Assembly: GCA_002633005.1 (NCBI GenBank)
Contig: NMRA01000023.1
Location: forward strand, 1,468,689-1,532,688
From: Phoronis australis
Lineage: Eukaryota; Animalia; Phoronida
DNA length: 64,000 nt
Direction of reading: 5' to 3'
Position numbers and translations under genes: made by a program
Part shown: positions 25,583-40,500 of the stretch, one piece after another
How the letters are laid out: each line of letters starts with the position of its first letter
How positions within the stretch are numbered: the stretch's first letter is position 1
Notes under the pieces: generated by a model
Seen by the model: the letters and a program-made list of their open reading frames with translations, nothing else
Told to the model about the DNA's origin: nothing
Database searches by the model: none

Positions 25583-28500
25583 GTAAGTTTCAAATAATTC
25601 CTTCCCTACAGGTACTAGACAATGTGTAGGCAATGTGTTAATACCGCATCGTTCTAAACAACTTCGGGTCGCAAATTTCAAGAATGAACATGGCCTCATT
25701 TATAAATTTAAGTTAAGGAGTTATGTTTCATTAAATCCGTGAATATGTAATTTAAATATTGCACACAAGCCAAGCGAGGTCTTCCGCTGTTCCGAGCTAA
25801 AGAGAGCCAGCAACATAAATTACCCAAATGAATACGAGAAACCCAGGAACGTGAATCACTTTCAAAACGATCTTTATAGACCTGTATTGTGGCTTCTTAA
25901 AGTATTGCATCTAATTAACATTTTCATTTGTTCAAAAATCTATTTATGCGTGATATTTGTATCGTCATCAAGTCACTCGGCGGCTGCCGTTTCTTTTCCG
26001 AGTTATTGTTTCGAGACACGTTACCTTGAAGCATTTAGGTAGCGTGTATATCAGAATACACGTAGTCATATTGTTGCAATGTTGTTAGTCTTGGCATTGC
26101 GGCCTGTAGAGAAGAATGCATTGCGACCCAGGATTGCAAAGAATAATCTGCGATTTAACTTTCAAGTTTAAGAAATGTTAAAACGTTCTCTTAGAATAGT
26201 CGAAAACATTTCCTAAAAGACATTGTACCAGCCTTTCAACTGAAGTGATGGGTCACTGATAAAATCATTGGTGCATAATTATGCATTCTGAATGATCAAG
26301 TAGTTTGTCTAATATAGGTGACTTGTGAATGTTTTACATTCTGACGCTAACATAGCGCAAGGCGTTCTCTTCACCATCATCGGCTGTAACAAATGTCGGT
26401 TTTGACATAATTGGACAGAATCAAAGAACTTGTTGATTTAACCTTGGCTACTTTCTCGTTGAGTTTCCTCTTTTTATTCAAACGACACGTGTTTGTTGTT
26501 AAAGTAATCTAATTTCTCAATACTCAACAAAGACTTGGTCTAGTGGCGGGCCAGGTGTTTTGTACACCTTCACCTGTGTAGGCAAACAACGTGCTGGCCT
26601 TAAAAGTCGACTATATGGGGCCACGGATCACGAGAGATCTACGTAAAACCTCTTGTTCGGGTGTGTTGCAAGAGAACGTGGAATCATAGCGGAAGAATGA
26701 GCAAATGCGCAGATCGATGCGCCGTAGGGTTAGTTTGTAATCATTTATTATTTCATTTTTTCTCAATGAGTTTGCGTTCACCATATTACCCTCTACAACA
26801 CAAGGGAAACGATTCCATCGCCTCTGAATTCCAGCTACATAGCAAACCCCAGTCTCGGGTCAGCAATCATCTATCCAGCAATACAAATTGAAGACCCACG
26901 TCCTTAACCCACTCCCGCAACGGGAACACTCCATACCAGGTGACCAACAATCATTCCCGGGCTTGAGACCTTTATGACTGTTGCCGGATGCATGAAAACC
27001 TCCCAATAGGGACTCAACTGCCTTCCCTAAATGCGTTCCCTTTGTTTACTCACTATTGCTGTAATGTCATCTTTATTCTGAGAGTACTTATGACATTTTC
27101 GAATAATAAAAATAAATGACCCCTTATTTCAATGTTGCGCGGAAAGGACCCACTTTAATTTCTATAACTATAACACCTCAACACATGGTTTGTTCTCAAC
27201 GGACGTCATTTTAAAATGTTGAATTTTGTCTCAGCAAAGATGATAGCAGCAGAAAGGACAATCAGTGTTTGCACAACGACCACACCGTGCTGAAAATTCA
27301 GGGAACATAGTAGAGTCCCTGGGGTCTGGTCCCCTGGTAAGGATTTTGGTTACCGTGTGTTGAGAACGTCGGATATGTGTGTGGATTTAAGGGGCGCGGG
27401 TCTGGTGTTAGCCGCTCTGCGACTAGGCTTTAGGAAGATTGTAGCTGGAATTCACAAGCATGGCCTTGGAATCGTTTCCACACTGAGGTTCGACGAAAAA
27501 TGTATCTGAGAGTTCAGTTGCAGTTGAGATAATGTTTTGTCTTCATTGGTCAGGCGCCCAGTCCTGGAAATAATTGAGTTGTTCGTGGGGAGAATTAGTA
27601 CTCAGTGTTTGCTGTACTGTCGGCCCTCTCAGCATATTGCACACCCTGTACCACTGCATTTGCTCAGTTTCAAACGCAATGTAATGTCTCTGCATAATGA
27701 AACACTCAAGTGTCGATTCAAAGCTTATCTTGGCTTCACCTCTTCCATTTCCTCATTGTAGTGAATGAGCAAGTGTTGATCAGTTGATCACAACCTCAGC
27801 ACCATCTATTGATTGTTCGTTTCTCTAACTCAAGGTGGCATTGTTGTCGAACACAGAACTGCGTTCCGTTCCGAAGACGCAAGAAACTCGCCAAACATAT
27901 GCTTACACAAGTCTTTGTGAGATATCCATACATAACATGTGAAGCACGTGATCACATTGGCTTTTCTGATGAGTGCTTGCGTCTACGGAACGCAAACCTG
28001 CTTACAATTTCAACACCAAAGATTCTTGTATGTCTATAATGCCTAGTAAATGTTGCGCAACAACGGTTTTGAAGTGAAAACTTTCGAAATATGTTATTAC
28101 CCAACTATAAATTGCACAGAATATTAAATAAAACCAAATCAATTTGACCCCGACTTCCGATTACTACCATTTAAAAACCTTCCAACCGAAAGCCTGCGGG
28201 CAAACGTTTTAGTTTATGGCTTGTCGTGTATTTTTAGTTCCTGTAAATATTAACAGATTTCCATCCGCTTTGGCAAATGCCAACTTATATTTCATTTCGG
28301 GATCGTGTTATAATGTTTTCATTAAAGGCCGTTTGCTTCTGTTTGTCTAAGAAATTCAACAACTAATGTTTAACTAAAAGAATTCACCAGAGTCGGCGAC
28401 AATCCCTTAAATACGTTAAACACGTTATATGTTTTTCGCACTAAACCTTTAAAATGCGCTTGCCATTGTGCGTTTTTCGACTTCAAATATGTATTAAAGA

Positions 28501-31500
28501 TGCGGGAACCGTGAAAGTGCACTGAGACAAATAGCATGACTGGGGAATCTATTAACAGTTATATTTGCGCTTCTCTGTCATCATTGAGAACTAACCAGTT
28601 AACAAAGTTTAGAGCGTAGGGAACAATGGCATGTTTAATTTGGAATAGAAAGATATACACGCGTATGTTGACAGTTAGGGTTAGGAGAAGTTCGTTCAGT
28701 AGATGTTGTAGTCTGGAACTGCTTTATCAATACGAGCAAGAATACGACGCCACAAGAATACGACGCCACAAGAATACGACGCCACAAGAATACGACGCCA
28801 CAAGCGTAACACTTACAGACAAAACACCGACATGAAGGCATTTAAAAGAGGAGCTCAGAACGTCTGTTTTTTAAGTTGTCAGTTTTTCCATTACTCTTCT
28901 AATTATTGTTATTACTGCATCAATTTTCTACCAATGCAATAATAATCACAGTTGAAAAGAATGTTGGGAAAGCGGGACAGCTTTTTACATTTATAAAGTA
29001 ACAAAACGTGGTTTCTATTTCAAAACTGCCAAAAGCAATCTCAGGTATCATAAGTGGATTACTTCATTGTTGTCATTCATATGACAGACACGCAAAAGTA
29101 AATTTAACATATAGGTTTCAATACTTTGCCACTTATAAATTAGGGTAATTTTCCAATCAAATTTTGTCACCACATATTTCGTCTTCCCTGATACAATAGA
29201 AAACTTGTCATAGTAATTGCAAAGAAACCCGAGCTATTCCCTGTGGCCAGGTGTGTAAAAGAGGGGCAAGTATTTTCAAATAATGGTAAATTATTGCTTC
29301 CTTTGTTTGTCTACAGTCGTGATCAAAGTTTGTCATTGCCAAAATAGGCGCCTGATGGGAGGTAAAATTGGTGAACTGGCTATTAACGTATTAGCAAAAT
29401 ATTTTTCGAAAGTGTGAAAATTGTTCGCACCAATAACGAATAATTATATGTTGGGTTGCATAACATTGACTGTATAATGAGGAAATACGGGACAAGAAAT
29501 CATAACAGAGAATTATTTAGTTTTTAACAAGACAGAGAAGATTCGAAGAATGTGAAGTTGTGCCAGTTGCATAACTCGCAGGTTTTATTGAACCATGTGC
29601 GTGTGCAAACGCCAATGCATTTGCGTTTTCCACATACAATTTGAAGTCGTTGAAGCTGAACGGATATCGCGAACCACGGCATATCGCATGTCGGCGTTAG
29701 TTGTGGCCATATAAAGTTTCATTGATGAAATGGTTCATTAAGCCATCGCTTCTTTATCCGGTCTCAGAGAGCGACGGCAAGGACTGTTTTCCACTTTTGA
29801 TATTCAACTCTCTGTTTCTAAGCGTAGTCAGTGAATCCTGTCTCATTTCTCCTGTAAATTGAATTCCGTGAGATCATCCTTTCAGCGTATTAATTTCTTT
29901 TGACTTTTGACTTTTGAACGATTGTGAGAAAAACATTGCGCCGACGTTGAACGGGAGGTGTGGCGTCTGACCGAGGTTTCATCTTTCTTTCCACAACAAA
30001 CATTTCAGACCGAATATGATTTATTTTACCTTTCAGTCCAGGGCACCACCGGGCATTAAAAACGAAGCGCGCATTAATTTGTCAATATTGAGGTTACCTG
30101 AGACCATAAAACTCAGACTCCTTTGAAATGAATTTTCATTTGAGAAAAACGATCCGTAAAACGTGCATAAACCAGCATACTGTTAAAACAGCGGCTATTT
30201 ATACGGCAATTTGATATAATTCATAATGACGTGATGGAATTTCGGCAGCAAATTTCAGGTGTAACCAGAAGCCAAGATGACAGTCGCTGAGATTTTAAGA
30301 TTCTTTTATTTTTACGAAGTAAGCAATGCAGACCATTCCACGTTTTTGCAACGTCGCCCCTTGCACCTTTTGTAGTTCATTACTGTCAGTATTTGTTGCG
30401 CTATACGAGTTGCAACGTTTCGAACGCCAAAAGTCTAGTAGTGTTCTGACCTCTCCACAACTTGTAACGCGTCAAATAGTGTAATTAATCTCCGTGTCTA
30501 ATAAAGATTCGAAGTAATGCCAGACCTGCTAAAACATTGGTGAACATGATATTTCATGAATAAATTATTGTTAAGCGTAAACCAGTTGGGAGACGAATAT
30601 TCCTTCCAATTTGTTCCAACGCAACAAATAACACTTTCCGTTCATCTGATCGGTAGGTTGTGCGTCATAAACACGGCATGCGTTAGATAAATTGACACTT
30701 GGGATGTCTTACGAGAGTGGAAAGATGGCATTGATTTTACCCAGTGTCACACTTCAGGCGTTTATATGTGGAAGACATCAAGAAGAGGCAAAGACTACGG
30801 GATCAATGGTTTGAATATTTCACTTTCACTATAAACTGGATGGAATGGTAACAGGATGAATTTTAATCCATTTGTGAAATAGGAAACCTTGTATTTTTCC
30901 ATGGTAGTCACTTTCGGCCTTTATCACATTCTTTCTTTCTAATTAAAAGTTGTCAAAACAGATACATGTGTATGGAAAATCAATATGAGTGATCACGCCC
31001 GAACTCTAACTTAGGCTGTGTCTTTTTGCTCCTTTGTATTCGTAAGGTAACCAGACGTTTGTGTAGGCTTACGTAGTAAATGTTTTTCGACGTGTGCGGG
31101 TGAGCAGAGGTCCCGTCGTTTGCAGCTATTTCACACGGTGAAATATCCAGGTGCGACCACATAAAAGGGGAACGTTTCTTATTGGATTAATTAAAACATT
31201 TGTTGATAATAAATCTATGCATTGTTTTATTTGTTTGTTGCTATTTCTTTCATTTCGTTTTATTTGTATTGCCTTTCCTGATGAAATGATTCATGTACGG
31301 AGCTGATATGTCACTCAGAATACATTCATAGGCAATCTTTCAGTAATCAATGAAAATTGGTTCAATGGTGCAGAAAAAATATGTCCGAGAGCTTCCTTGC
31401 GTTTCTTTATCACTGTATATTCTATTTACTCTCGTAACAATAGTTTCCATTATAATTCTACCCTATCATTATTTTTCTTTCCACTGACCCCTAAAATTTG

Positions 31501-34500
31501 TGGACCACTGTTTACCGTCATACCTATAGGGCGATATACCTGTCGACACCAGGTTAGTTAGCGATAGGTTCCTTGGCAGCTCAGTCGAATAAATATTAGG
31601 GATATTACTACGTTCATAAGAAGATAATTTTTGTGAAGAGTTTAGGTAAGTTAGTTTATATTGTTTGTTGTGTTGAAATAGTTTCATTGTGTGCATTCAT
31701 TGCTTCTCGGGAGCCCTTCTCGTAATGAATTAATCCTATCGGTATATCACAGGTGTGTGTTACAGTGGATTGGCAATAGATGATCTTTGTTCGAAAAGGC
31801 TGATAAGGTGCATATTTGTCTTATCTAAAATCTAAACTCGTCTCGTGCTAAATCAATTAAAATATATCTTTTAAAGTTCTTTCGTTTGTAAAAACAAATA
31901 ACAAGGTTATTAGACTTGATTAACTGGGTAGAATCGACGGTTTTCCATGATATGTCATGAAATAATATGATTTCGCAAATTAAACATGGTAATGAATGAA
32001 CACAAATTAGAACTGTTGATTGTCTACACAAGAAGTCACTGGGACAATTGAAGAATAACACCCCTACGATAATATTTTCACAGTGGTACGTGACATCATA
32101 ACGCGTAAAGAGCGAGTTTCTCCAAACATGGCCTGTTTGGGCGATAATTACGGACAAGAAAAGTCAAAGAACGTCAAACTAAAACAAACATGGTGTGACC
32201 AACCGCCAAGTGAAAATTCTTCAAGACAGGTCCCACGGTGCATTTCGTATGTCCTTAATGATTGTTCATTTTCAGTGCCTCCGATAAATAACCCCGTGTG
32301 TTTGTTATGAAGGTGGTTGAGTTTACCTCAAACGGAAAGTTCAATGATGAGCTTCGGTGAAAGGAAATGACTCATTTTACCGGGATATGTTGCGCGACTG
32401 CAAAGCGATAAAATTTATTCCATTAACCCTATTTAAACCTGGTGTACCGTACCCGTGTATGGGTGGGCTAAGCACGAGGTATACCCGAGTTACCCGTGTG
32501 AGTGGGCTAAGTACGAGGTACACCCAAGCTGGGACTTGAGATAGTCCGACGAGGCCGTAAAATCAGGGGTGTGAATCGCGGTCGGTCCATCCATCTTTAT
32601 TGCACTGTTGTGTGTACGCTAAATTACACTGACTGGATGAAACACGAAACTTAAAAAAATTAGAATCAGTGTAATGTACTTGTAGAAAGTCTTGTGGAAG
32701 TATGAAATGTATGTCAATGAAATGTATGTCACATCCAAATGTTTATCTCGTAGCAGCAGGAGAATCTTACTTTGCTGATAAAATGTTACGGTTGACATTT
32801 TTTATTTTTACTTTCATTCTGAGATAATTGGAGTTAAAGCCATTTTGACGGATAAACCTCTCCAAAAATGATACAAAAATTCAGAGATATGTTCACCACA
32901 AGAGACTGGTGCGGGTTTCCGCAACGCATTAGGAAACACGCAGCAATTCATCCGACGACTCTTTCATGATCAAATTTAATAGAAGGTGTCCTCTAAACCG
33001 TTTGGTCAGTCGGTTTTGGGCACCTCTTTCGTGACTGGACAATAGCCATACAAAAGGTCAACCACTTTACCTGCATTAGGTGTAGAATGGTATCTAATTT
33101 GTGTGCATTATAGTAATTGTGAACTTCCTAAGTTGCGCCATCCCCGTACGCGGTGTAAGGGACATCATCTGTCACAAAGTAAATGGATATTATGAGGATT
33201 TGAGCGCGATTTATTCGACTGGGATATTATTAAAATGTGGGTGATTGTGAGGTATATAAACCGATAGAGACTAATAAAAGTGTTATGTAGCCATATCTTG
33301 TGCGATTGTCGTGGGTAGGTTTCAATGTAAGGCTGGTTGACTTGTAACTCGTCTGCGTTCTAATACCCTGTCTCCTCGTGTAAACGTTTCAGGCAATATT
33401 AGAAATTAGACCAACGTTTAGAATAACCCTTTCATCTAACTCATTCCATGTTGTATTGGCTGAGTGTGACATATTTGTTTGTGAATATCTCTCTCCAAGT
33501 ACTCTTCAGAATATAGGAGACATTGAAATAACCATTTCATCTTTTTACGAGACAATTTGACAAATTTGATAAGTTAGCATACGGCTGTATAGGTAGGTAC
33601 ATTAATATATATGATTTGTTACTTATCATGTCTCTTGGTGACATAAACCCACACAGTGTCATATGGTTTCGTATTTTTGAATACGCTGTTCATTAAAATG
33701 AACAGCGTACTCGTCACTGTAATAAATACACGTTAATACAACTAATTCAAAGGTTTTACATCAACAAAAAAATTCAAAGTGCGTACAAGTTTTATTTAAA
33801 GATAATTAAGCTCGGACCAATCAAAGTGTCGTAAAAGGTGTCACCAAATTTCCATTTGTTGTCGCAAGTTCACCTGACTAAACTGTATCACCCGAAATTA
33901 ACCAGACCAGGAATAGAAGGCGTCTTGTGGCTATAGTGAATTAGTGATTTTTAACAAACAATGCCCACGTGGCTTCGCTCATCGACCGTGAGATCTAACC
34001 TAGAGGTGAAAATTGCTTACATTTAATTCAGTTACCTGGCTTAATTAAGTCTAGGTAGGTGCTTCACACCTGGTCGAGTAAGCTCCCAGACCAGTTTATT
34101 ATCTCGCAGCCGGACGGTGTCTCGTGTAGGCTTCTTGGCCACATCTTGGAGCCTTTTTATCAACGCGAAAAAAGAGACGGGCGTCACAGAGAACCAAACA
34201 AGGTTAAATAAATGACACGACGATGTCTTTTGTCGAGTCACCAAGTCATTACTGGCGATTTTCACCGTTTAATATCACTTGGCCCATATTGACCTCTGAC
34301 TCTGTCGCCACTCAAACCTGGGGTCAAGCTCATGTTCTGTGGCCGTGTGGAGGGCCCGGCGGGCTTATACTCATAATTTGTATAGTCACAAAAATCTGGT
34401 TGACGTACGTGTAGACCGCTTTATAGAGGGCAATAATTTAGAGTCTATAAAGTGAATGAAGGAACAAAGTGGTATTTCGACCGATTGATACCTTTCGGTT

Positions 34501-37500
34501 ATTAATTGATAATTTGAACTATACTACGTCATTCTTCCGCCAAAATTTAATTCCTATGCCGCCAGGAACAAAACACAGTTCGCAAGAGTTTTCGAATTAA
34601 ATACTTTGTCATCATTTCACGGTTTTGATTTGTTTATACGGTGATCAAGTCATTCCTACCAGGCAAATAAGTTATGCTTATCATTGAGTATATTTACTCT
34701 TGAACACTGTGCACTTATTTTGGAAAACATGAAATGGATCTCGGTTCAACATTTAGTAGTGGGAAGGCTGGGTGTCACTTTGTTTAATGAGACGGTATAC
34801 ACGACATTTTTATCGTGGACATCTCTGGAAAGCGTGATAAAACGATAGGACTGTCTCTTTTGTGACTTTGTGACCTCTCACTGAGACAAGAATTTTCTGT
34901 CCATTTCTTGCTCCTTGAGCCTCTTGTATGTATGTATGTACGTACGTATGTGTATGTTGCTAAGCAGAACGACGGATTTAAACCGGCTTGACATGTTTCG
35001 GCGTTTATTAAAACACCATCCTCAAAACAAAAAACTGGCCACCTTGTTAGACCCAACAACAAGTAATGATAAATAGTCACAGTCAGTTACAGGAGAGTAA
35101 CGATAGACTAGACTAACAATGACAACGTGTGCCAGTTGCGAGACTGGACTCATACCAACGGATATGTAGATCGTCTCACGAATTTTCAGCTCCCTTGTTG
35201 ACGTAATCAAATCAAAATATGCAGAATGAACATGATAGTTACATCTGACCTCGCGTTTCCAAGGCAAAATACGGCCTCTTCTCGTGCCCAAAGTCCAAGA
35301 CTGAGTTGGTAAATTGCTGAATTGTTGTCATGGACACCATGACCACATTTCCTACCCTTTCTCCATGGCTCAGACCACTAAACATGTCCATGGAGACGTT
35401 TGATTCTGAGCAGTACATTCACCTGGGTTATCCAATGTCCGCCCACAATACGGAAGCGGGGAGCCAAGCAACTTGATATTGGAAATCAGCTAATATTTGC
35501 TGAGAAAGTTATAACCTAGCATACTCTTATGGCCAATACGTGACGTAACCTGCGCGTAAGCAGACGAGCAAGCTGACTTACCTCACTGATCACACAAATT
35601 AAGATATTGTAAACACTTCTTCGTTGTAATTGATCGATCGGAGTAAATATTATGCGTAATGATTATGTTAGTTGCATGAGCACATTATATTCTACTGAAG
35701 TGTGAATGGGAATACGAACGTATTTCACCACTTCAACTGGTGCGTAGTAAAAAACAGGTAAACACATTTGGCAGAATGGTAAAGGATTCACCTGTCACCG
35801 GCGGCTAAAGGGTTAAACCACAAGCCACTTGGGTTATTACCTTAAAATGGACGAACAAATATTGTATTTGAAAAAATTCCAGGCATGTTTACTGTGCTTG
35901 GGTCAAGTTACACGTCTTTGGACATCATTGCCAACCGAATAACGTTTCCATGGATATGAAGCACAACTTTCTCACGGCTGTCATGTAATTCTGTAATATG
36001 AAATCAAACTTTACATTTTCGTTCTTCTCAATCAAATGTGCAACACTGCTCGAAGCTGTTCATCGGGACTTATCCGGTATGTGCATGAGATTGGACGGAG
36101 CCGGTATTAAGTTACGGGGGTTTACACTCGTGACAACTCCGTAGCGAGTTCGGAGGATTGCTTATAAGGGACGCTGAGATGTCAGAAACATGATAATCAT
36201 ACATCCATACCCGAAGTTGAGTGACTTTACATCTTTTTGGTAGATAAGGCTTTTTTATCTCGAATTCGTCCACGCCCATAAGATATAGCCGTAAATTTAG
36301 AATTCCATCAGATATGATGGTGTTTGTTCGTGGTCAGACTTTAGTCGGCTGCGTCCACTCGAAACAACATGACACCTGTTCTTGTGAAAAGACAAAATAA
36401 TCCCGTGAAATCCCGTCAGGTCAAGAGGCTATCTTGCCTGACGTGATTCAACAAAATGGTCACCTGTCGACACCGGAAGAACGGCCATTGTGACTACCAG
36501 ATCTGCTCCTTTTTTCCTATTGTCAAATGGCGGATAAATTTCCATGAATTACTTATGTTTACGACCAATTAATTAAACAAAACGTTTTTAAAACTTTCCC
36601 ACTACGGACAGATGTTGTTTTTCTACTTGTGGTTTGAGTTCGGGTATTTTGAGTGCACAGATTTAATCCTTAACCCGAGGAATCTGATATCGTTTAATAT
36701 TAAAGCNTCTTCTCAATCAAATGTGCAACACTGCTCGAAACTGTTCATCGGGACTTATCCGGTATGTGCATGAGATTGAACGGAGCTATTAAGTTACGGG
36801 GGTTTACACTCGTGACAACTTCGTAGCGAGTTCGGGGGATTGCTTATAAGGGACGCTGAGATGTCAGAAACATGATAATCATACATCCATACCCGAAGTT
36901 GAGTGACTTTACATCTTTTTGGTAGATAACGCTTTTTTATCTCGAATTCGTCCACGCCCATAAGATATAGCCGTAAATTTAGAATTCCATCAGATATGAT
37001 GGTGTTTGTTCGTGGTCAGACTTCAGTCGGCTGCGTCCACTCGAAACAACATGACACCTGTTCTTGTGAAAAGACAAAATAATCCCGTGAAATCCCGTCA
37101 GGTCAAGAGGCTATCTTGCCTGACGTGATTCAACAAAATGGTCACCTGTCGACACCGGAAGAACGGCCATTGTGAGTACCAGATCTGCTCCTTTTTTCCT
37201 ATTGTCAAATGGCGGATAAATTTCCATGAATTACTTATGTTTACGACCAATTAATTAAACAAAACGTTTTTAAAACTTTCCCACTACGGACAGATGTTGT
37301 TTTTCTACTTGTGGTTTGAGTTCGGGTATTTTGAGTGCACAGATTTAATCCTTAACCCGAGGAATCTGATATCGTTTAATATTAAAGCTAAATATGTTAT
37401 TTTGCGTCCCCCTTTAGGCCACTTTGGGTTTCGACTTGCATTTCGTGGCAAATATTTATCAGTCTTCGAGTTAATCTCGTTAGATCGAAAGGAATTTGAA

Positions 37501-40500
37501 CGTTATGCTAACTGCCCGTTGCACAGCAGTCGTTATCATCTGATGTATATAGAAGATTACCTGTTTTAGAAAGTTGAGCTTGGGTCAGATTGTTGAAATT
37601 AGAATTCATTGGGCCTTCAAAAGACGAATAATTGAATATCAAATTCTTTAATCCTAAACGCATACACAAACCGATGAAAATCCTTCAGATGCTCGTCACT
37701 TGTTGAACAAACTTTGATCATGTTGGGAGCTAATATTTAAATAAGACGAACTGTAGAAAATGACGAACTGGAAATGTGTCTAAACATTACTCAATATCCA
37801 AAACAAATATTGTGATTGACGATCTATTTGCTTCTTTGCGTGTAAAAATAACTCTTGTTTCGAAACACATTCCACCAGGCGCTCAGGCGATTAATCGGTA
37901 ATTTATTAAGAAACACCGTCATTGTTCAAAATTGTTTGATATTGTAATACAACCGAGACCTTATTTTGTATTTTTGTTCTACCCTGTGATCTGGTCATAT
38001 ACTTTATGACCCACAATACATAAGCCACCTCAGTAAGCATTAAAACAAAAGAAACATTCCTCAGTGTCCATGTGTTTACTTACTAATTTAACATTGTAAC
38101 ACGGTGCTCTAACTTCAGTTGCTTGCAGACAATCTATCATTGTATTCACCACCACTGTTCTTCTCGACAGGTTGAGGAGAATACTCTCGACTTTGCTAGA
38201 AGTCACACCCTCAGTTATAACATCCCTTGAACTTTCGGGAGTTAAAACTTTGTGGCGACTATGAGGCAAATGGTAATAGTTCTTACAAGGGCCCCGTAAT
38301 TTAATAACCATTTTACACTGAATAATGGACATTAAATTGGTTCTCAAATCCGGGACCCTTGTAAGTGACTATTGCCAGCCAAACTGTCCAATCAAGAACC
38401 TATACTTCTGCATTTGTCGCTCTACCGACCTCCGTAAAGGCAAAAATTCTCCAATAAAAAACACTGTCTAATTTCGCAGTTCAGCGTGTATACGGGTATT
38501 GAGAAATGGTGGTTGTGGTACTGGGTTCTGTACGGAACTCTTTCTGAAGTGATACAGTTACCGTAAAACGTCAACGAAAATCCAACAGCGTTTGCCAACG
38601 TCTCCACCCATTTATGCTGAAAGTAAGAAACCGTCGTGATCTCTATGGCTCTGCTATGAGTCAAAAAGGGCCCGGATGTTGCAGTTACATTTCCTCTCAA
38701 GATAATGGCGTCCTTCCAGAATGTTCCCATGACGATTAATGTTGTTCAACATTAGGATGAGCAATGCAAACACTGTCGGTCGTCAGCCTTCTGTGTACAA
38801 AAAATTAGCATCTTGTCATCACGCCCTCGAGTAAATAAATGCTGCCACGTCGCTAAGAAACCAGAGATCCTGTCGCCCGTTCACAGCCCACTACACCATC
38901 CGGGACAACAACAAATAGCCCGTAGACAGTCCAAAAGACGAATCAATACGCCGACGCGCCAACTCCCTTCTTGGCATCCCTACAGACACTAAATAAGCAG
39001 CCAAGCGAGTGCGCGACTGTTGAAGAAATCGAACCACCGAACAATTTGCATAACGCCTATATTAGGAGCTCACTTTCTCTGTGATTAGCACATTTTTTGA
39101 ATTGAATACTATAGAAGAAGTTGTGTTGAAAGCTGCCTGAACTAACATGGCTCCGTCTTTGCAGATAACAAGCATGAAAGGTCAGGTGATCTGGTGCTTC
39201 CTAGCAAGCCTGCTCTTGGCAGCCAAAGGTAAGACAAAGAAAATCGTAACTGAACAATTTCAAATGCACAACCCCATGCAGTCTATGAAGAAAGCAAGTC
39301 TAAATGATTTTAAAAGGTTAGAAAACCATCATTTCCCAACATTTGTGCATCGACATCGGGGAGAGTTTTTCACAATCGGGTGACAATTTGAGAATTTATT
39401 TTTGTAGACATGGTTAGACTTGAGATTCCTTTAAACAATCAGTGAAGTTAAGCTATTCCGCGACTATCAATAACTAACGAGATTAAGTCTCGTCCACTGC
39501 GCTTTCAAATGAAAATACAGCTTTTTCTTCACGGAGGCGCCTTCCGTTCGCACGTCTGTACTGAATATAACAAAAACGAAATTTTTAAAGCACTCATTTA
39601 GGGTATTAAAACGCATTCATTGACCTCGTGTAGACGGGCGAAAACGCGTTGCGTTTTAGTCGTATTGCCGAATGCCAATTGGAACGGGAAAGCGGTACAA
39701 CGATCAATGGGAGCCGTTGACGGGAAAGTTTTTGAAAACGGAACTTTTTCTTTGAATACGCAATCGTGTAGACAGGCCTTGGGCATCAGGCGCGCGTAAA
39801 AACGTCTACAACGGTGAATAGTTGCACGTAGTTAATATCAATGTTTTTAATTGAACCAAATAGGAATGTTTGCTTAAAAAGTAAGTATTCCTTGAAGGAT
39901 TATCAGTTATGTGATAGCTGGCCCTTTATCGCTTGTCGCGTACTTGGAATAGTCACTTCGCTAATGTACAGGGCAGGTCTTATTTGTCCTTCGCAGGTAT
40001 TTAAGATAAATCTGCGGTCTATACTGTGATTAGACGCTGTCGTTTTTTGCTGTTTGAATAGAGGGTGTTTTGTAAGTGGACGCCTATGTACATACCATCC
40101 ATCGTCATTTTTGTTTGAATATAACAAACGAAAAACATACTTAACGTGCCACTGGCTCTTACTACTTATCAGTTGTTTTCAATGTCAAAATTCATTGCTT
40201 ATTTAAAACTGCATGTTATTTTAGCGCAATGGAAATATTTTCTTCTGTAGGGATTTACATACATAATGAGCATTTGAGTTATTGAAACCGTCTGAGAGCG
40301 CCGACTAGTGTCGAACCTATAACTAAAATTATAAAAGTTCTGGAAGAGCACAGACCTTCGCCGACGCATCGCAGTTTTTGTCATTATACGTCACAAACCG
40401 AAATGTTAATTGGCTTTCATTACACATCATTTTGACGTGTGCGCTGCCGTGTTTTTATGAAAAGTCAAATGCATAAGAAGTGTGGCGAATTCGGGGTCAC

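Noticed and set aside
27966-28000. CTGATGA plus hairpin, and TGATGAGCTTCGGTGAAA at ~32345, as further hammerheads
   Set aside because: The first lacks GAAA; the second lacks C3 and any stem I/III with a cleavage triplet
32423-35816. TTAACCCT ... AGGGTTAA as the two ends of one piggyBac element
   Set aside because: Complementarity stops after about 8 bp and no transposase trace was seen between them
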